Under the pieces are notes generated by a model. That model was not told the origin of the DNA and searched no databases. It saw only the letters and a list, made by a program, of their open reading frames with translations. DNA of 64,000 bases from Alloascoidea hylecoeti (Eukaryota). Shown here piece by piece: positions 1 to 12,562 of the stretch. The translations under genes were made by a program, and so were the position numbers. How positions within the stretch are numbered: position 1 is the stretch's first letter; each line of letters opens with the position of its first letter. The stretch spans positions 494,142 to 558,141 of the forward strand of contig BCKZ01000010.1 of NCBI GenBank assembly GCA_001600815.1, written 5' to 3'.

Positions 1-262
1 GTGCTATTTTCATTACCTCGGACACTTCTTCGGTGTTTGATGGGAATACCACAATATCTGGCTCTTGACTTGGTGTTGGATGATGAGCATTTGAAGCACT
101 ATCTGCATGTTTTTTAATTATACTTTTAGCTGATGAGATATTGTCCATTCCTAATAATTTCTTTAATTGAATTTTTGCCCTTGATAAATCTTTAGAGGAA
201 CCATATTTAGGGGAAGGAAGATTAGATAATGGTAATGTTGATTTATTTGACAAAATGGCCAT
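1..262 (-). CDS. D-lactate dehydrogenase (cytochrome) paralog, 5' part; runs off the window
   Basis: Not in the ORF track. ATG at 262 reads MAILSNKSTLPLSNLPSPKYGSSKDLSRAKIQLKKLLGMDNISSAKSIIKKHADSASNAHHPTPSQEPDIVVFPSNTEEVSEVMKIA, collinear with the neighbour's STVSLNQLSSPKYGS...IPQVVVFPGSTTDVSNVMKIAH. An in-frame stop lies upstream at 332-334. Confidence 0.88.
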   Translation of the reverse strand, partial: MAILSNKSTLPLSNLPSPKYGSSKDLSRAKIQLKKLLGMDNISSAKSIIKKHADSASNAHHPTPSQEPDIVVFPSNTEEVSEVMKIA

Positions 263-1048
263 ATTTAAAATTTGAGTCACAATTTGTAAGGAAATTGAAA
301 TTAATAGCCGGGGATTTATTTCTTTATATATTTATTGGACATGGAAACGATTGGTGGATGGTGGATCCGGATCTATTCATATATGCATAGTGTTATTATA
401 ATTGCTAGCCTGTAATTGTCAAATCTCCTGAGGAGATGAGGAGAATTATTATGTTAATTTTATAATGGCTATAACTTAAGCTTTTACAATTTCCATGCAT
501 ATATGGTTTATATACTAGTACTAGTACTTGCAACTGTATCTTAACTTGTGATAAAGGCACACGATTTCAAATTTAAAGCAGTCAGTTGATATCATGGCCA
601 TTTCAACAATCAATGGATTCAATACCAATTTCAAACCGAGTAATATACCACTCGGCTCGGCTCGGCTCATTATAAAGAGTACATGTCCGGCCCGGTTTCA
701 AATATCAGTATCCCGGTTATAAGATCAAATATGGCTGACAATGTATTTGACATGCAACCATTTGAACAAATGAGAGGCCCAAATTTAAATATATCTAAAA
801 TATTTGAAGAATGAATTATATTTGATTATAGCTAGGTGAAAGTGTTGCTCATCCTATGCCTGTAGAAAATAAGCGCTGTGCTACGGTCCACTTTTCATCA
901 GATCTTGCTCAGCTCTAGAATGCAGTAATATTAATAGTTTGCTGATAAAAGTTATAAAAGCAATTATTCATAGTCTTTTTATATCTTCATATATATACTT
1001 TTATTTATATCTATAATTTATATTTATATTTATATTTATATTTTATGA

Positions 1049-2889
1049 TCAACGACGATATTCTTGATTAGGTTCATTTGGATCCATTTTAAAAACCTTA
1101 TCAGGATTCATTATATTCAACGGGTCAACTGCTTGTTTTATCTTTCTCATAAGATTAACAGCTTCAGGACCCAATTCATACTCTAAATATTTTCTTTTAC
1201 CCATTCCAATACCATGTTCTCCAGTACATGTTCCATCTAAATCAATTGCCATTTTTGAAAGTTTTGATGCTATATCTTTTGCTACTTCAAATTGATCAGG
1301 ATTGTATAAAATCGTACAATGAAAATTCCCATCACCAACATGACCAACTATTCGAGATTTTAACCCAACATCTGAACATATCTTTTTAGCTTCTTTGATA
1401 ATTTTTGGCATTTCACTGATTGGTACAGCAACATCAGTTGGCATAACATTCGCATCTTTATTGAATTTCCTACCATAGTCTAATGTTGAAAATAACATTA
1501 ATTTTCTCGCTTGCCATAATTCTGATTTCTCAATTTCTCCTTTTGCAAATTCAAAATTTGTTGAATCGTTCTTATCTGAAATTTCTCTGACTGAATCAAT
1601 TAATGAATTAATTGCCTTTTGTGATGATCCTCCAATTTTAAATAACATTGTTGGCTCTTCTCTATAAATTTTTGTTGATATACCAGCTTGATTAATCGTA
1701 AACAATACATCTTCATCGATTATTTCTAAAGCGTTTAATTGTATACCTTTTCTAATTACATCACTTGCCATTTTAGCAGCAGCTTCAATCGTTTTAAAAT
1801 TAATAAGTGTAACAATTTCGATTTCTGGTTTAACTGAAACTTTTAGTGTTGTTTCCGTTATAATTCCCAAAGTACCTTCAGAACCAATAAATAGACCAGT
1901 TAAATTATAGCCAGCGGCTGATTTCTTGGGTCTTCTTTTTGTTTTCACAATTGTACCATCGGGTAATACAACAGTCAAACCAATTACATTTTCTTTCATC
2001 GTACCGTACCTAGCAGCATTTGTACCTGAACAAGATGTAGCAACCATACCACCGATTTCAGCTCCTGGACCTGGATCTGGACCAAATAGTAATTTGTGTG
2101 GGTCGAGATACTCAGCAAGTTCTTGCCAACCAACTCCAGGTTGTACAACAATATCAAGATCCTTTTCATGAAAGGCTAGAACTTTATTCATTCTTTGAAT
2201 ATCAACCACAATTCCACCTCTTGTTGCATTAGCGTGACCTTCTAATGCCGTCCCACCCGAATAGGGAATCACAGGTATCCTATATTTATGGGCAATTTTC
2301 ATAACATTTGAAACATCTGTGGTGGATCCAGGAAACACCACAACCTGTGGAATTTCATTTGGAGCAGGATGAACACAATTTGCATAATGATCTTTATGTT
2401 GATCAATTGAATCTATTGCTTGTGTAACATTTTCATCTCCTAAGATTTTTTTCAATTCTTTGATTGCTATATTTAGATCTTCAATAGATCCATATTTTGG
2501 TGATGATAATTGATTTAATGAAACTGTTGAGTCCAATGAAATATATTTGTTCTTAAGCTTATCAGTTTTCTCACCCGCAAAGTGATTTATACCGAATCCA
2601 ATGCCTACACCGGCCGTAAATAAACTTAGTAATACTAAAATCAACAATCATAAAATAGAGAAAGAAGATAGTTAGAAATGTTTAATTTTACCTGTTTTCC
2701 TGAACCCTCCGAGGAAATTAAAAGTGAAAGGTTGAAAAAAAACGGAGAAAACTTACGATATGGATTAGAGGATTTATTCGCTGTGGATGGCTTGATATGA
2801 CTCAATGGTGCAGTGGATAAACATCGATATCTCTGTCTTCTGCAATTGACAATTGCTGATCGATATAAACCTGATGCATTTTTATACAT
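1049..2889 (-). CDS. DLD1: Mitochondrial D-lactate dehydrogenase (cytochrome), about 572 aa; exons 2757-2889 and 1049-2634
   Basis: FAD-oxidase motifs GGTALEGH, DPGPGAEIGGM, GYNLTGLFIGSEGTLG, GHVGDGNFH, GEHGIG. Intron 2635-2756 (GTAAGT...TTCTAAC...TAG) is phase-compatible and adds an Arg/Ser-rich presequence-like exon. Confidence 0.92.
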
Positions 2890-3042
2890 TTTCCTATTAT
2901 TTTCCAACAATCGCAATCACAAATTTAAGAGATCCACAAATTCAAAATATTTAGAAGGAGGAGTATCATTTTACATGTATTGTTTATTATAATTCTAAAA
3001 TAAGTGCATAGAATTTCAAACCTAATTATTATACTTCAGACT

Positions 3043-3087
3043 CCGGGTAACGTTTTACTCATCCATCAAAATTTATTTGAAAAGTTT
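3043..3087 (+). promoter_or_regulatory. Reb1-type site plus PAC- and RRPE-like elements upstream of UTP5
   Basis: CCGGGTAA at 3043-3050, CTCATC (GATGAG on reverse) at 3058-3063 and TGAAAAGTTT at 3078-3087, upstream of a ribosome-biogenesis gene. Confidence 0.55.
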
Positions 3088-3161
3088 GGAATTTTTTTTC
3101 TGATTTCTTTCTTCTATTTTTTGCCAAATCCTACAAAAATAAACAATATAGAAGTGGGAAA

Positions 3162-5075
3162 ATGGCGGTAGTTAATGTTATAACAAGTGGATTTGATCCA
3201 ACTGGACAATTTTTTGCAGCTGTTAGTTCCAAGTTTGATAGACATCAACTTCATTTCCACTCAGTATCAACTGATAATTTAGTAAAAACAAAGTTAGTGA
3301 AGGATTTTATCGATTTCGGAAAGCATAAAAAAGTTACTTCATTATCTTGGATAGCAGTTGAGACTGACCAAAATTTAGTTGAGAAATCTTCAAAGTCAAA
3401 AAGAAAAAGGTCATCAAGTTTTAAAAAAGATAATAATGATAATTTACTACAGAAAAATATAACATCAAATTTAATTATTGGCTTTGATAATGGTGAACTA
3501 ATTAATTATAATCCTTTTGATTCTTCATCACCAATTATTTTTAAAGATACAAAAGTAACTAAAGGTTCAAAATCACCAATTTCTGATATTTCACCATCAT
3601 CTACTTCAGTTAATTCGGTTTGGTCTAGTAATTCAACAAGTAAAATCATCGAATGGGATATAAAAACAGGTGAAATTATTCGAAAAATCCAAACAGGCAA
3701 AAAAACAAAAATAAAATCATTAAAATCTATTTTAATAAATAATGAAGAAAAATTAATTACTTTATGTTCTACAGTAATATCAATAATTGATCCAGCTAAT
3801 CCAACAAAACCTGAGATTAAATTAGCTTTTCCAATATCAAATAAAATTACAAATTTCTCAATTTTAGATGATAATAAATCAGATTTAATATTTGGTACTA
3901 AAGAATCAAGTCAACTAATTTCTGTTTTTTCAATTTCTAAACAAGGTCTTTCAACAACATTAAATGCACAATCTAATATTTTGTCAATTATAAAATCTGC
4001 AACATCAACTTCAAATAAAAATAAGAAAAATAACAATAATTCCGAGAATCAAACATTAGTTGCTGCAATCACTCAAGATTCAAAATTGGAAATATTTGAT
4101 TTAGAAACAAATGTTTCATTTGTTCAACTTGAATTACCACAATCATTAGTACTTGCCGATGCAATTCTTTTTAATTCTGATGAAGTTATATTAGCTGTTT
4201 ATGATAAAAGGCAAATTATTGTTAAATTTTCAAAGGTTTCTTTAAAACAAGGTACCAAATATAAATCTAATACAATTAAAGTCTCAACTGAACATATTGA
4301 AGAAGCTGTATCAAAAGATGCTGCTAATGACACTGAAAAGGATGTTACATCAAAAAATGTTAATGATAATAATGATGTTCAAATGAAAGAGGTATCCATT
4401 ATAGAAGAAACATCAGATACTTCATCACTTTTATTAACATTAACAAATGCATTAAAAAATGGTAACAATTCACTAATAGATTCAATATTAATAAATCAAA
4501 CAGATGAATCGATTATAAAACCAACTATAATGAAAATAGAATCTCAACAAGCAGTTTTATTGTTAAAAATTTTAGTTTATAAAATATCTAATGATCCAAC
4601 AAATCTACATACAAAAAATTTAAATATTTGGTTAAAATATTTATTAATTGCTCATGCTGGTTATTTGAAAAATAGTGATAATAAATCTGATTTATTAACA
4701 GTTTTAAAACCATTAAAAGATTTACATTCAAATTTAGTTAAAACTCAAAATTTGTTACCTGATATATTATCTCTTCAAGGTAGATTTAATTTATTAAAAG
4801 CTCAACAAGATTTAAGAAAAAATGTTGAAAAAATTAAAACTAATACTTCAAATAACAAGAAATATAATAGAAAAGAAATTGGAAAAGAAATTGGAAAAGA
4901 AATTGGAAAAGAAATTGAAAAAGAAAATGATAATGTAACAGAAGAGATGTATATTAATGGAGAAGTTGATGATATAGAGGAAACCTTTTCCGAAGATTTA
5001 GATGAGAATGAAGAAGAAGTAAGTAATAGTGAAAGTGAAGATGATGATATCGATGAGATTGATGAAGAAAAATAA
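3162..5075 (+). CDS. UTP5: SSU processome t-UTP subunit (Utp5/WDR43-like)
   Basis: WD-like N-terminus (FDPTGQFFA, IIEWDIKTG), Utp12-type domain (LNIWLKYLLIAHAGYL...LSLQGRFNLL) and acidic tail. Adjacent to HPT1, as in S. cerevisiae. Confidence 0.85.
   Translation: MAVVNVITSGFDPTGQFFAAVSSKFDRHQLHFHSVSTDNLVKTKLVKDFIDFGKHKKVTSLSWIAVETDQNLVEKSSKSKRKRSSSFKKDNNDNLLQKNITSNLIIGFDNGELINYNPFDSSSPIIFKDTKVTKGSKSPISDISPSSTSVNSVWSSNSTSKIIEWDIKTGEIIRKIQTGKKTKIKSLKSILINNEEKLITLCSTVISIIDPANPTKPEIKLAFPISNKITNFSILDDNKSDLIFGTKESSQLISVFSISKQGLSTTLNAQSNILSIIKSATSTSNKNKKNNNNSENQTLVAAITQDSKLEIFDLETNVSFVQLELPQSLVLADAILFNSDEVILAVYDKRQIIVKFSKVSLKQGTKYKSNTIKVSTEHIEEAVSKDAANDTEKDVTSKNVNDNNDVQMKEVSIIEETSDTSSLLLTLTNALKNGNNSLIDSILINQTDESIIKPTIMKIESQQAVLLLKILVYKISNDPTNLHTKNLNIWLKYLLIAHAGYLKNSDNKSDLLTVLKPLKDLHSNLVKTQNLLPDILSLQGRFNLLKAQQDLRKNVEKIKTNTSNNKKYNRKEIGKEIGKEIGKEIEKENDNVTEEMYINGEVDDIEETFSEDLDENEEEVSNSESEDDDIDEIDEEK
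4870..4927 (+). repeat. 12-bp coding minisatellite (AAAGAAATTGGA), KEIG x3 plus KEIE
   Basis: Direct reading of the tandem unit in the UTP5 C-terminus. Confidence 0.9.
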
Positions 5076-5362
5076 GCAAATAGATAACCATCAATATATT
5101 TTTACTATTCTACCTGTTTCTTCAGTATCTATAAAGTTTTACAAATATTTAGCTTGCCGCTTACCTAATCCATGCACGTGTTACACTAGGATGTTCAATA
5201 TAAAATCATTTGAATTTTTTCTTTTTTTCTTCCTTTCTTTTTGGTGATATTTTCATCCAGACATTTACGTTTAGATTCACTATTGCTATTGCTATTATAT
5301 TAGCTATAAATACTCAGGATTTCTATTATCCCAATTATTCTCATTATTTCAACTAAAAAAAG

Positions 5363-5980
5363 ATGACCAACGAAGTTGAAAAACTCTATATTTCTTATAA
5401 TAATGTCCACAGATTGTGTCAAGAAACTGCAGAAGAAATCAAAAAATTTAAACCTGATTTAATGGTTGCCATCGGTGGAGGTGGTTTTATCCCAGCTAGA
5501 ATTCTAAGATCATTCATTAGGGAACCTGGTTCAAAGAACATTTCTATTCAAGCTATTGGTCTTTCATTATATGAGAATTTAGGCGATGATATTGTTGAAA
5601 TCCCAGGTGTTGAAGTTGTTAGGACCCAATGGTTGGATTTTGGGTCATTAGATAAACATTCTGTTGATTTAATTGGTAAAAAGATTTTAATCGTTGATGA
5701 AGTTGATGATACCAGAACAACGTTACATTATGCTGTATCTGAATTAGAAAAAGATATTAATGATAAAGCAAAGAAATTAGGTCGCGAAGATGAAAAAACT
5801 GAATTTGGTATATTTGTTCTTCACAATAAAAATAAGCCAAAAAATGCTGAGTTACCAAAATATGTTATGAATAATTATTTTGCCGCTAGAACTGTTGATG
5901 ATGTTTGGATCTCTTATCCATGGGAAGCATCAGATATTGATTTTCAAACTGAGAAGGCTATTGAACAAGGCAATAATTGA
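5363..5980 (+). CDS. HPT1: Hypoxanthine/guanine (xanthine) phosphoribosyltransferase
   Basis: KLYISYNNVHRLCQ, AIGGGGFIPARILR, PRPP-binding LIVDEVDDTRTTL, YPWE. Confidence 0.93.
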   Translation: MTNEVEKLYISYNNVHRLCQETAEEIKKFKPDLMVAIGGGGFIPARILRSFIREPGSKNISIQAIGLSLYENLGDDIVEIPGVEVVRTQWLDFGSLDKHSVDLIGKKILIVDEVDDTRTTLHYAVSELEKDINDKAKKLGREDEKTEFGIFVLHNKNKPKNAELPKYVMNNYFAARTVDDVWISYPWEASDIDFQTEKAIEQGNN

Positions 5981-6125
5981 TTTTAATGTTGTTGATCATT
6001 GTATACTATCTAACTAGATTGAAGTTAAATATAGAAAAATTAAGAACAATATAACTTAAAATTTTCCTAACCCGAGTACGATATTACGCTCTGCGATTAG
6101 AACCATGGGCTTGAAAAATTATTTA

Positions 6126-6368
6126 GTCTAACTGATCAGGTGATTTAGCGTTCGTATAATTTTAGTGTCACAAGGATTTTCTAATGGCCAGTAGCTTTTC
6201 CTAGACTCCAACTCCAATCCCGAGCGCTCTTGGCTAGAAGGGGAACCCATTGGGAAGAAAACCGGAACTAGGTAGAGCCACTAGATGGTGACAAATTAGA
6301 CAGGTGCCTTATGGATGACTGTTTATCTATGAATATAAACTCTTACATAAACACACTTCTGGGCACCT
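6126..6368 (-). ncRNA. Candidate structured RNA of unknown class
   Basis: Nested complementary blocks form two long hairpins. Several mismatches become G-U pairs only on the minus strand. Confidence 0.35.
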
Positions 6369-6489
6369 CCGAAACTTAATAAATTTAAACATTATTATCA
6401 TATTAAAACATATAAACAAAAACTATTATATTTCCAGTTCATTCAATTAAAAAGTAACGTATAAGTTATATTAATGTTTAGAGATAGTA

Positions 6490-9448
6490 TTATTTTGGAA
6501 TCTTTTCAACAAGTTCCTGTATTTGTTGTCGATAAAGTGCTTTTAAATCAACAACATCAGCCCGTAATTCTTCAACTTCTTCAGTTTTCTCTCCTAACAT
6601 TTCCAATGCTGTTTTTTCTCTTAATTTCATATCTTGTAATTTCTCATTAATTTGTTTACAATTTTCTTCAAGGTTATTAACCTCTTCATTTTTCTTCATT
6701 AGACTTAAAATCTCTCTACCTGCTTCTTCCTTTTCTAATGTTAATTTGTTTACTTCATCTTTTGCATTTGAAAGTTCAATCTCTAATCTTCTAATTGTTG
6801 TACTCATTTTACCTAGTAATTGAATTGGAGCTCCAGCCGCAGCCGTTGATGATGATCCATTATCAAATCTTGATTGACCAGTGGTAAGTAATGGACTCGA
6901 ATTATTATTTGAAAACGCATCTCCTCCAACTTGTATACTTGAATCAAAATCTGGTGGTAATTCAGTTTCACGTTCTTCAGGTAAACTTAACATTGAAGAT
7001 GAATGACTTTGCTGTAGGGCAAATGAAGGATTTTTGGTAATCGAGAAATTTGATAAACTTACCTGTCCATTTGAATTTCTTTCTCTTTCTCTTTCTCTTT
7101 GTGGTGAACTAAAATATTCATAATTATTATTATAATCCCAAAAGTTTGCAGTACCATTACCATTCCCACTTGTTTTTCTATAAGGAGATGAAGGCTGATA
7201 TTCTGATTTATGTAATTGAGATAATTTATTATAATCATTAATTAATTTAGTTTTTTCTTGTTGTAATTTTTCATTTTCTTTTTTTAATAAATTTTTTTCA
7301 TTTTCAACAATTTTATTAAAATCATTATATTCATTTGTTAATGAGTCAATTTGTTCTTTATATTTATTAATTGAATTTTCAAGTATAAAATTTTTAGATT
7401 GAAAATCTTGTTGAATTTCAATTGATTCATTATATTTATCAGTTAATTTTTTTAAATCATTTGTTAATAATCGAATTTTCTTCTGAGAACTAACTTCTTT
7501 TGATTTATATGTTGACATTTCTGCTTCAAGGGAATTTATTTTAAGTAATAAATTTGCTTCTATACCTTGCCAATTCTCAGATGCTAATGAATATTGTGAT
7601 TGTAATGTTTCAATTTGTCTACTTAACTTTAATTGATTATTTGGTTCATTTATATTATTATTGTTATTAGTAGTAATCGTTGATGAAGTTGTTGAAAATT
7701 CTTCTGATCTTGCACGTAATTCTTCAATTTTATTTTCTAATCTTCTTAATTCATTTTGATTCTCTTCTTTTATAATTTTTGATTTTTCAATTTCTCGATT
7801 TAATTTAAATTCAATATTTTGTTTTTCACCTTTAAATTTTTCATCTTGAATTTTTAATTGAATTTTTAATTCTTCAATTTCTTTAAAATGATTCTTTTTT
7901 AGATTTTCTTCTTTTATTAATGAATCATTTTTAAATTGATTTAAATTTTCATTATTTTTTAATTTTTCTAATTTTAATTCATTTATTAAATTATCATTTT
8001 CTTTTTTTAAAATATATAATTCTGATTCATTTTTATTAATTAATTTTGTTAAAGATGTTTGTTTTTTATCAAGATTTGATAATTTTTTAATTTTATCTTC
8101 ATTTTTAATTAATAAATTATTTTTATAATTTAATTCATCTGTTAATGCATTAATTTTATCATTTCCATCTCTTTCTCTTAATCTTAATTTTTTAATAGTT
8201 GTCATATATTTTAATTCAGAACTTGATAGTTTCTGTCCTTCTTCTAGTAATAATGAAATTTTTTCATCTTTTTCTGCTAATTTTTTTTGTAAGATATTTG
8301 ATGATGCTGATAAATATTCTTTACGTGCTAATGCTGATGATTCTTTTGCTAAAAATATTAATTTCTTATCCATTGAGTCAATTCTTTCAATTAAGTTAAG
8401 ATTCTCTTCTTTTAGCTTTGTTTCATTTGTTTTTGAAGATTGTAGAATTTCTTCAATTTTAGTTAATAATTCAGTTTTGGATAATGAAGAATAATCGAAT
8501 TTCTCTGTATGATCATTATCAACTATAACTATATCAGAACGTGTTGAATCAAGTGATATTTTAGAAGGTATCTCAGAAGTTCCTAAAGAATCAAATGAAG
8601 TTCTAACACTTTCGATAGTTTGTTGCAATGGAGGTGTCGTTACTTGATCAGAAGTAATTTTGATTATGGGTTCCGGTGATTTATCACTCCTAGCCTCAAC
8701 TTCTGATGCATCCTCTTTTTTGTTATCACTATCATTCTTTTTATCATCTTTGTTAGCATCTTTGTTAGCATCTTTATTTTCATCTTTTGATTTTGATTTT
8801 GTTGGTGCTACTATTTTAGGTACATCTAAGGAAGACACTCTACTAGAAGGAGTAGCCGAACGTATATTAGTCGCAGGACTTCTACCTCTCTTTGGACCCG
8901 TTCCTGCACTGGCTTTCACAGCCAATGCTAGTCGTTCTTGCATAGTCAACCTTTTCTTTGCTATAGACAATTTAGTATGGTAGAACGTTCAAAAATAGGT
9001 GATTTGTGAGACATAATTAATACTTACACTGCGCTGAAGGAGCAATATTTGTTTCCACTTTTGCGCTAGAATTAGTAACATTGCTGATTACTGGTTTTGT
9101 GTCATTTGTAGGAGGTTCCTGGAGAACTTGATCCAGCTTTTGTTCAACATTAGAGACAGCTTGTAAAAGAAAAGAACCCCATTGCGACCCAACAGGTCCA
9201 GGTCCACCAGAACCACCACTTTTATTGGAGTTTTCTACAGGTTTTTCTGTTTTTTCTTCCAATGTATTATTATCTACTACATCCCCATTTTTTGAAATTC
9301 CATCGGGAACTGCATTATCCTTTGCAGCCCCTTCTACTGAACTTTCTGTTGTACCAGTTGTAGTTATATTAGAATTATTTCGTCCATTTTCAGACGTAGG
9401 CTTTTCCAAGCCAGATAATCCACTTGAGATCAGAGCTAAGTCATCCAT
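6490..9448 (-). CDS. SGM1: Golgin SGM1/TMF1 (Ypt6 effector); exons 9028-9448 and 6490-8960
   Basis: Long coiled coil, KDEKISLLLEEGQKLS and C-terminal TALEMLGEKTEEVEELRADVVDLK. Intron 8961-9027 (GTAAGT...TACTAAA...TAG) joins the two ORF-track ORFs in phase. Confidence 0.88.
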
Positions 9449-9509
9449 TTGCAAAAATAGCCACCTACAACACAATGAGTGCCAATATCTTCACCTTTAT
9501 AGATCCCGA

Positions 9510-9517
9510 CCGGGTAA
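9510..9517. promoter_or_regulatory. Reb1-type site upstream of SGM1
   Basis: CCGGGTAA about 60 nt upstream of the SGM1 ATG. Confidence 0.5.
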
Positions 9518-9846
9518 CCTTGGAGTACAGAAGCAAAGCCAATATTTCAGTTTATTATCCTTCCATCAGACTTTCACGTCAACAGGACTTGTTAATGACA
9601 CTTGAGAGCAATGCATCTTGCTCTTGAAGCCGAGTATTGAAACTGAAGAACATGTAAAGTCCAAACAGCAATATCCCAGTTCATTGGAAAAGATCTCAGG
9701 GAGATTCAATCTCCCACAAACATCTAAACTGAAGTTATTCATAAAAATGAAATAGACTAGGGCATATTAATATATAAATAATTGAGAAACTAGTATAATT
9801 ATACCATTATATATTTATTTGGTTCATACTTGGATTCCGTCACATG

Positions 9847-11159
<1,313 letters not shown>

Positions 11160-11423
11160 GGCTATAATATGAAATGGTTATTAATTGAGATTCTCTATTG
11201 TTGCAGTTAATTAGCTAGTCCAAATTCAAAGTGGTAATTATTGTAATTGTTTTTGAAAAGGTTATAATTTTGAAATATATATATAAGTTTCCCTAAATAT
11301 TTTAAGGAATTGTAGTAAACCCAATTAATAGACAGACGACTGTAATTGTTCTGTTTAAAATATAATGTAGAATAATTCCTCATAATGGTTAAACTTAATT
11401 GTTATATAGTCTCTAAGTCTAAG

Positions 11424-11431
11424 ATGAGTCA
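11424..11431. promoter_or_regulatory. Gcn4 response element upstream of ARO3
   Basis: ATGAGTCA (TGACTCAT on the gene strand), upstream of a TATATATA run near 11276. Confidence 0.7.
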
Positions 11432-12073
11432 ACTTTTTAATTAATTTATTTTTATAACTTTGAAAATTTGCAATTGAATTGAACTATTATTAATATTATA
11501 AATCGCCTTGTACAAAAACATCATAACTATTTCATATTAGTATAACTTAAGCCAAATTAAGCTTTCATGAACAATATTGGGGTATTGTTTGTATAATATT
11601 TGTCTATTTGTGGTTTTAGGATATACGGTTGGAACAAGAGCTTATATAATTTCCCGGGGTTGTTGCGGCTGATAATCGACCAGCTGGATCAATTATTTAC
11701 GTAATAGAATACACATTATGAAAAATTCATGATCAAACATAAAGGATATAGATATTATTGTTAAATATCTACGCTCAATATTCGCTAAGAAGTTGAAGAA
11801 GAGAACAAAATGTTAAAGGATATTCGTAAGGTGTCACATTTTATAATTAGCTAACATAATAGCTGTCATTTAAATATTTAATTCTGGGGTAAACTAAAAC
11901 TACTTAATTAGATAATCTAAAACAAATTCAAAACAAAACAAAACAAAAATCAGAACAAAAGAATACAAAAAATTGCATTGGTTATATTGTTTGTATAGAA
12001 CTGTAATAAAATTAAATTAGTAATAACCTTTACAAATGTTTTAGATATTAATAATGATATAAGGCCCTATATC

Positions 12074-12074
<1 letters not shown>

Positions 12075-12112
<38 letters not shown>
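12075..12112 (+). repeat. Poly(A) tract, about 38 nt
   Basis: Direct reading. Confidence 0.9.
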
Positions 12113-12114
<2 letters not shown>

Positions 12115-12562
12115 CGCCCATATTCTAGTTCAACAGGGGATAATAAATAAGATGAAATAAAATAAATTTAAAATAAAATAGAGGAAGCTTAAAAATATAT
12201 ATTAGGATTCTTTTTTTTTCAAAAAAAAAGAGATTTGTTAGTACATATAGTAACCGATATAGTATAGCATAATTGTGAACATAGGATAATATAACAAAAA
12301 GTTGAAAAGTATTTTCATAAAAAAGCAAGAAATTATTATTGCTTATAACTCTAAAAATGTTTTTGCCCAAGGTGACAAAACCGGAATTGTCGCAATATAG
12401 ATGGTGAAACTGATGACAAGAAAAAGCAAATGATATATAAATCACTAAGTTTAAATATATGATACTTTAAAATAGAGTGAAATTAATGAAGCGTTATATA
12501 TAACGTGATAAATAAATGTGCTTGTTTAAATGATTGTATGCTAAATAAAATGACTGTTAAAT

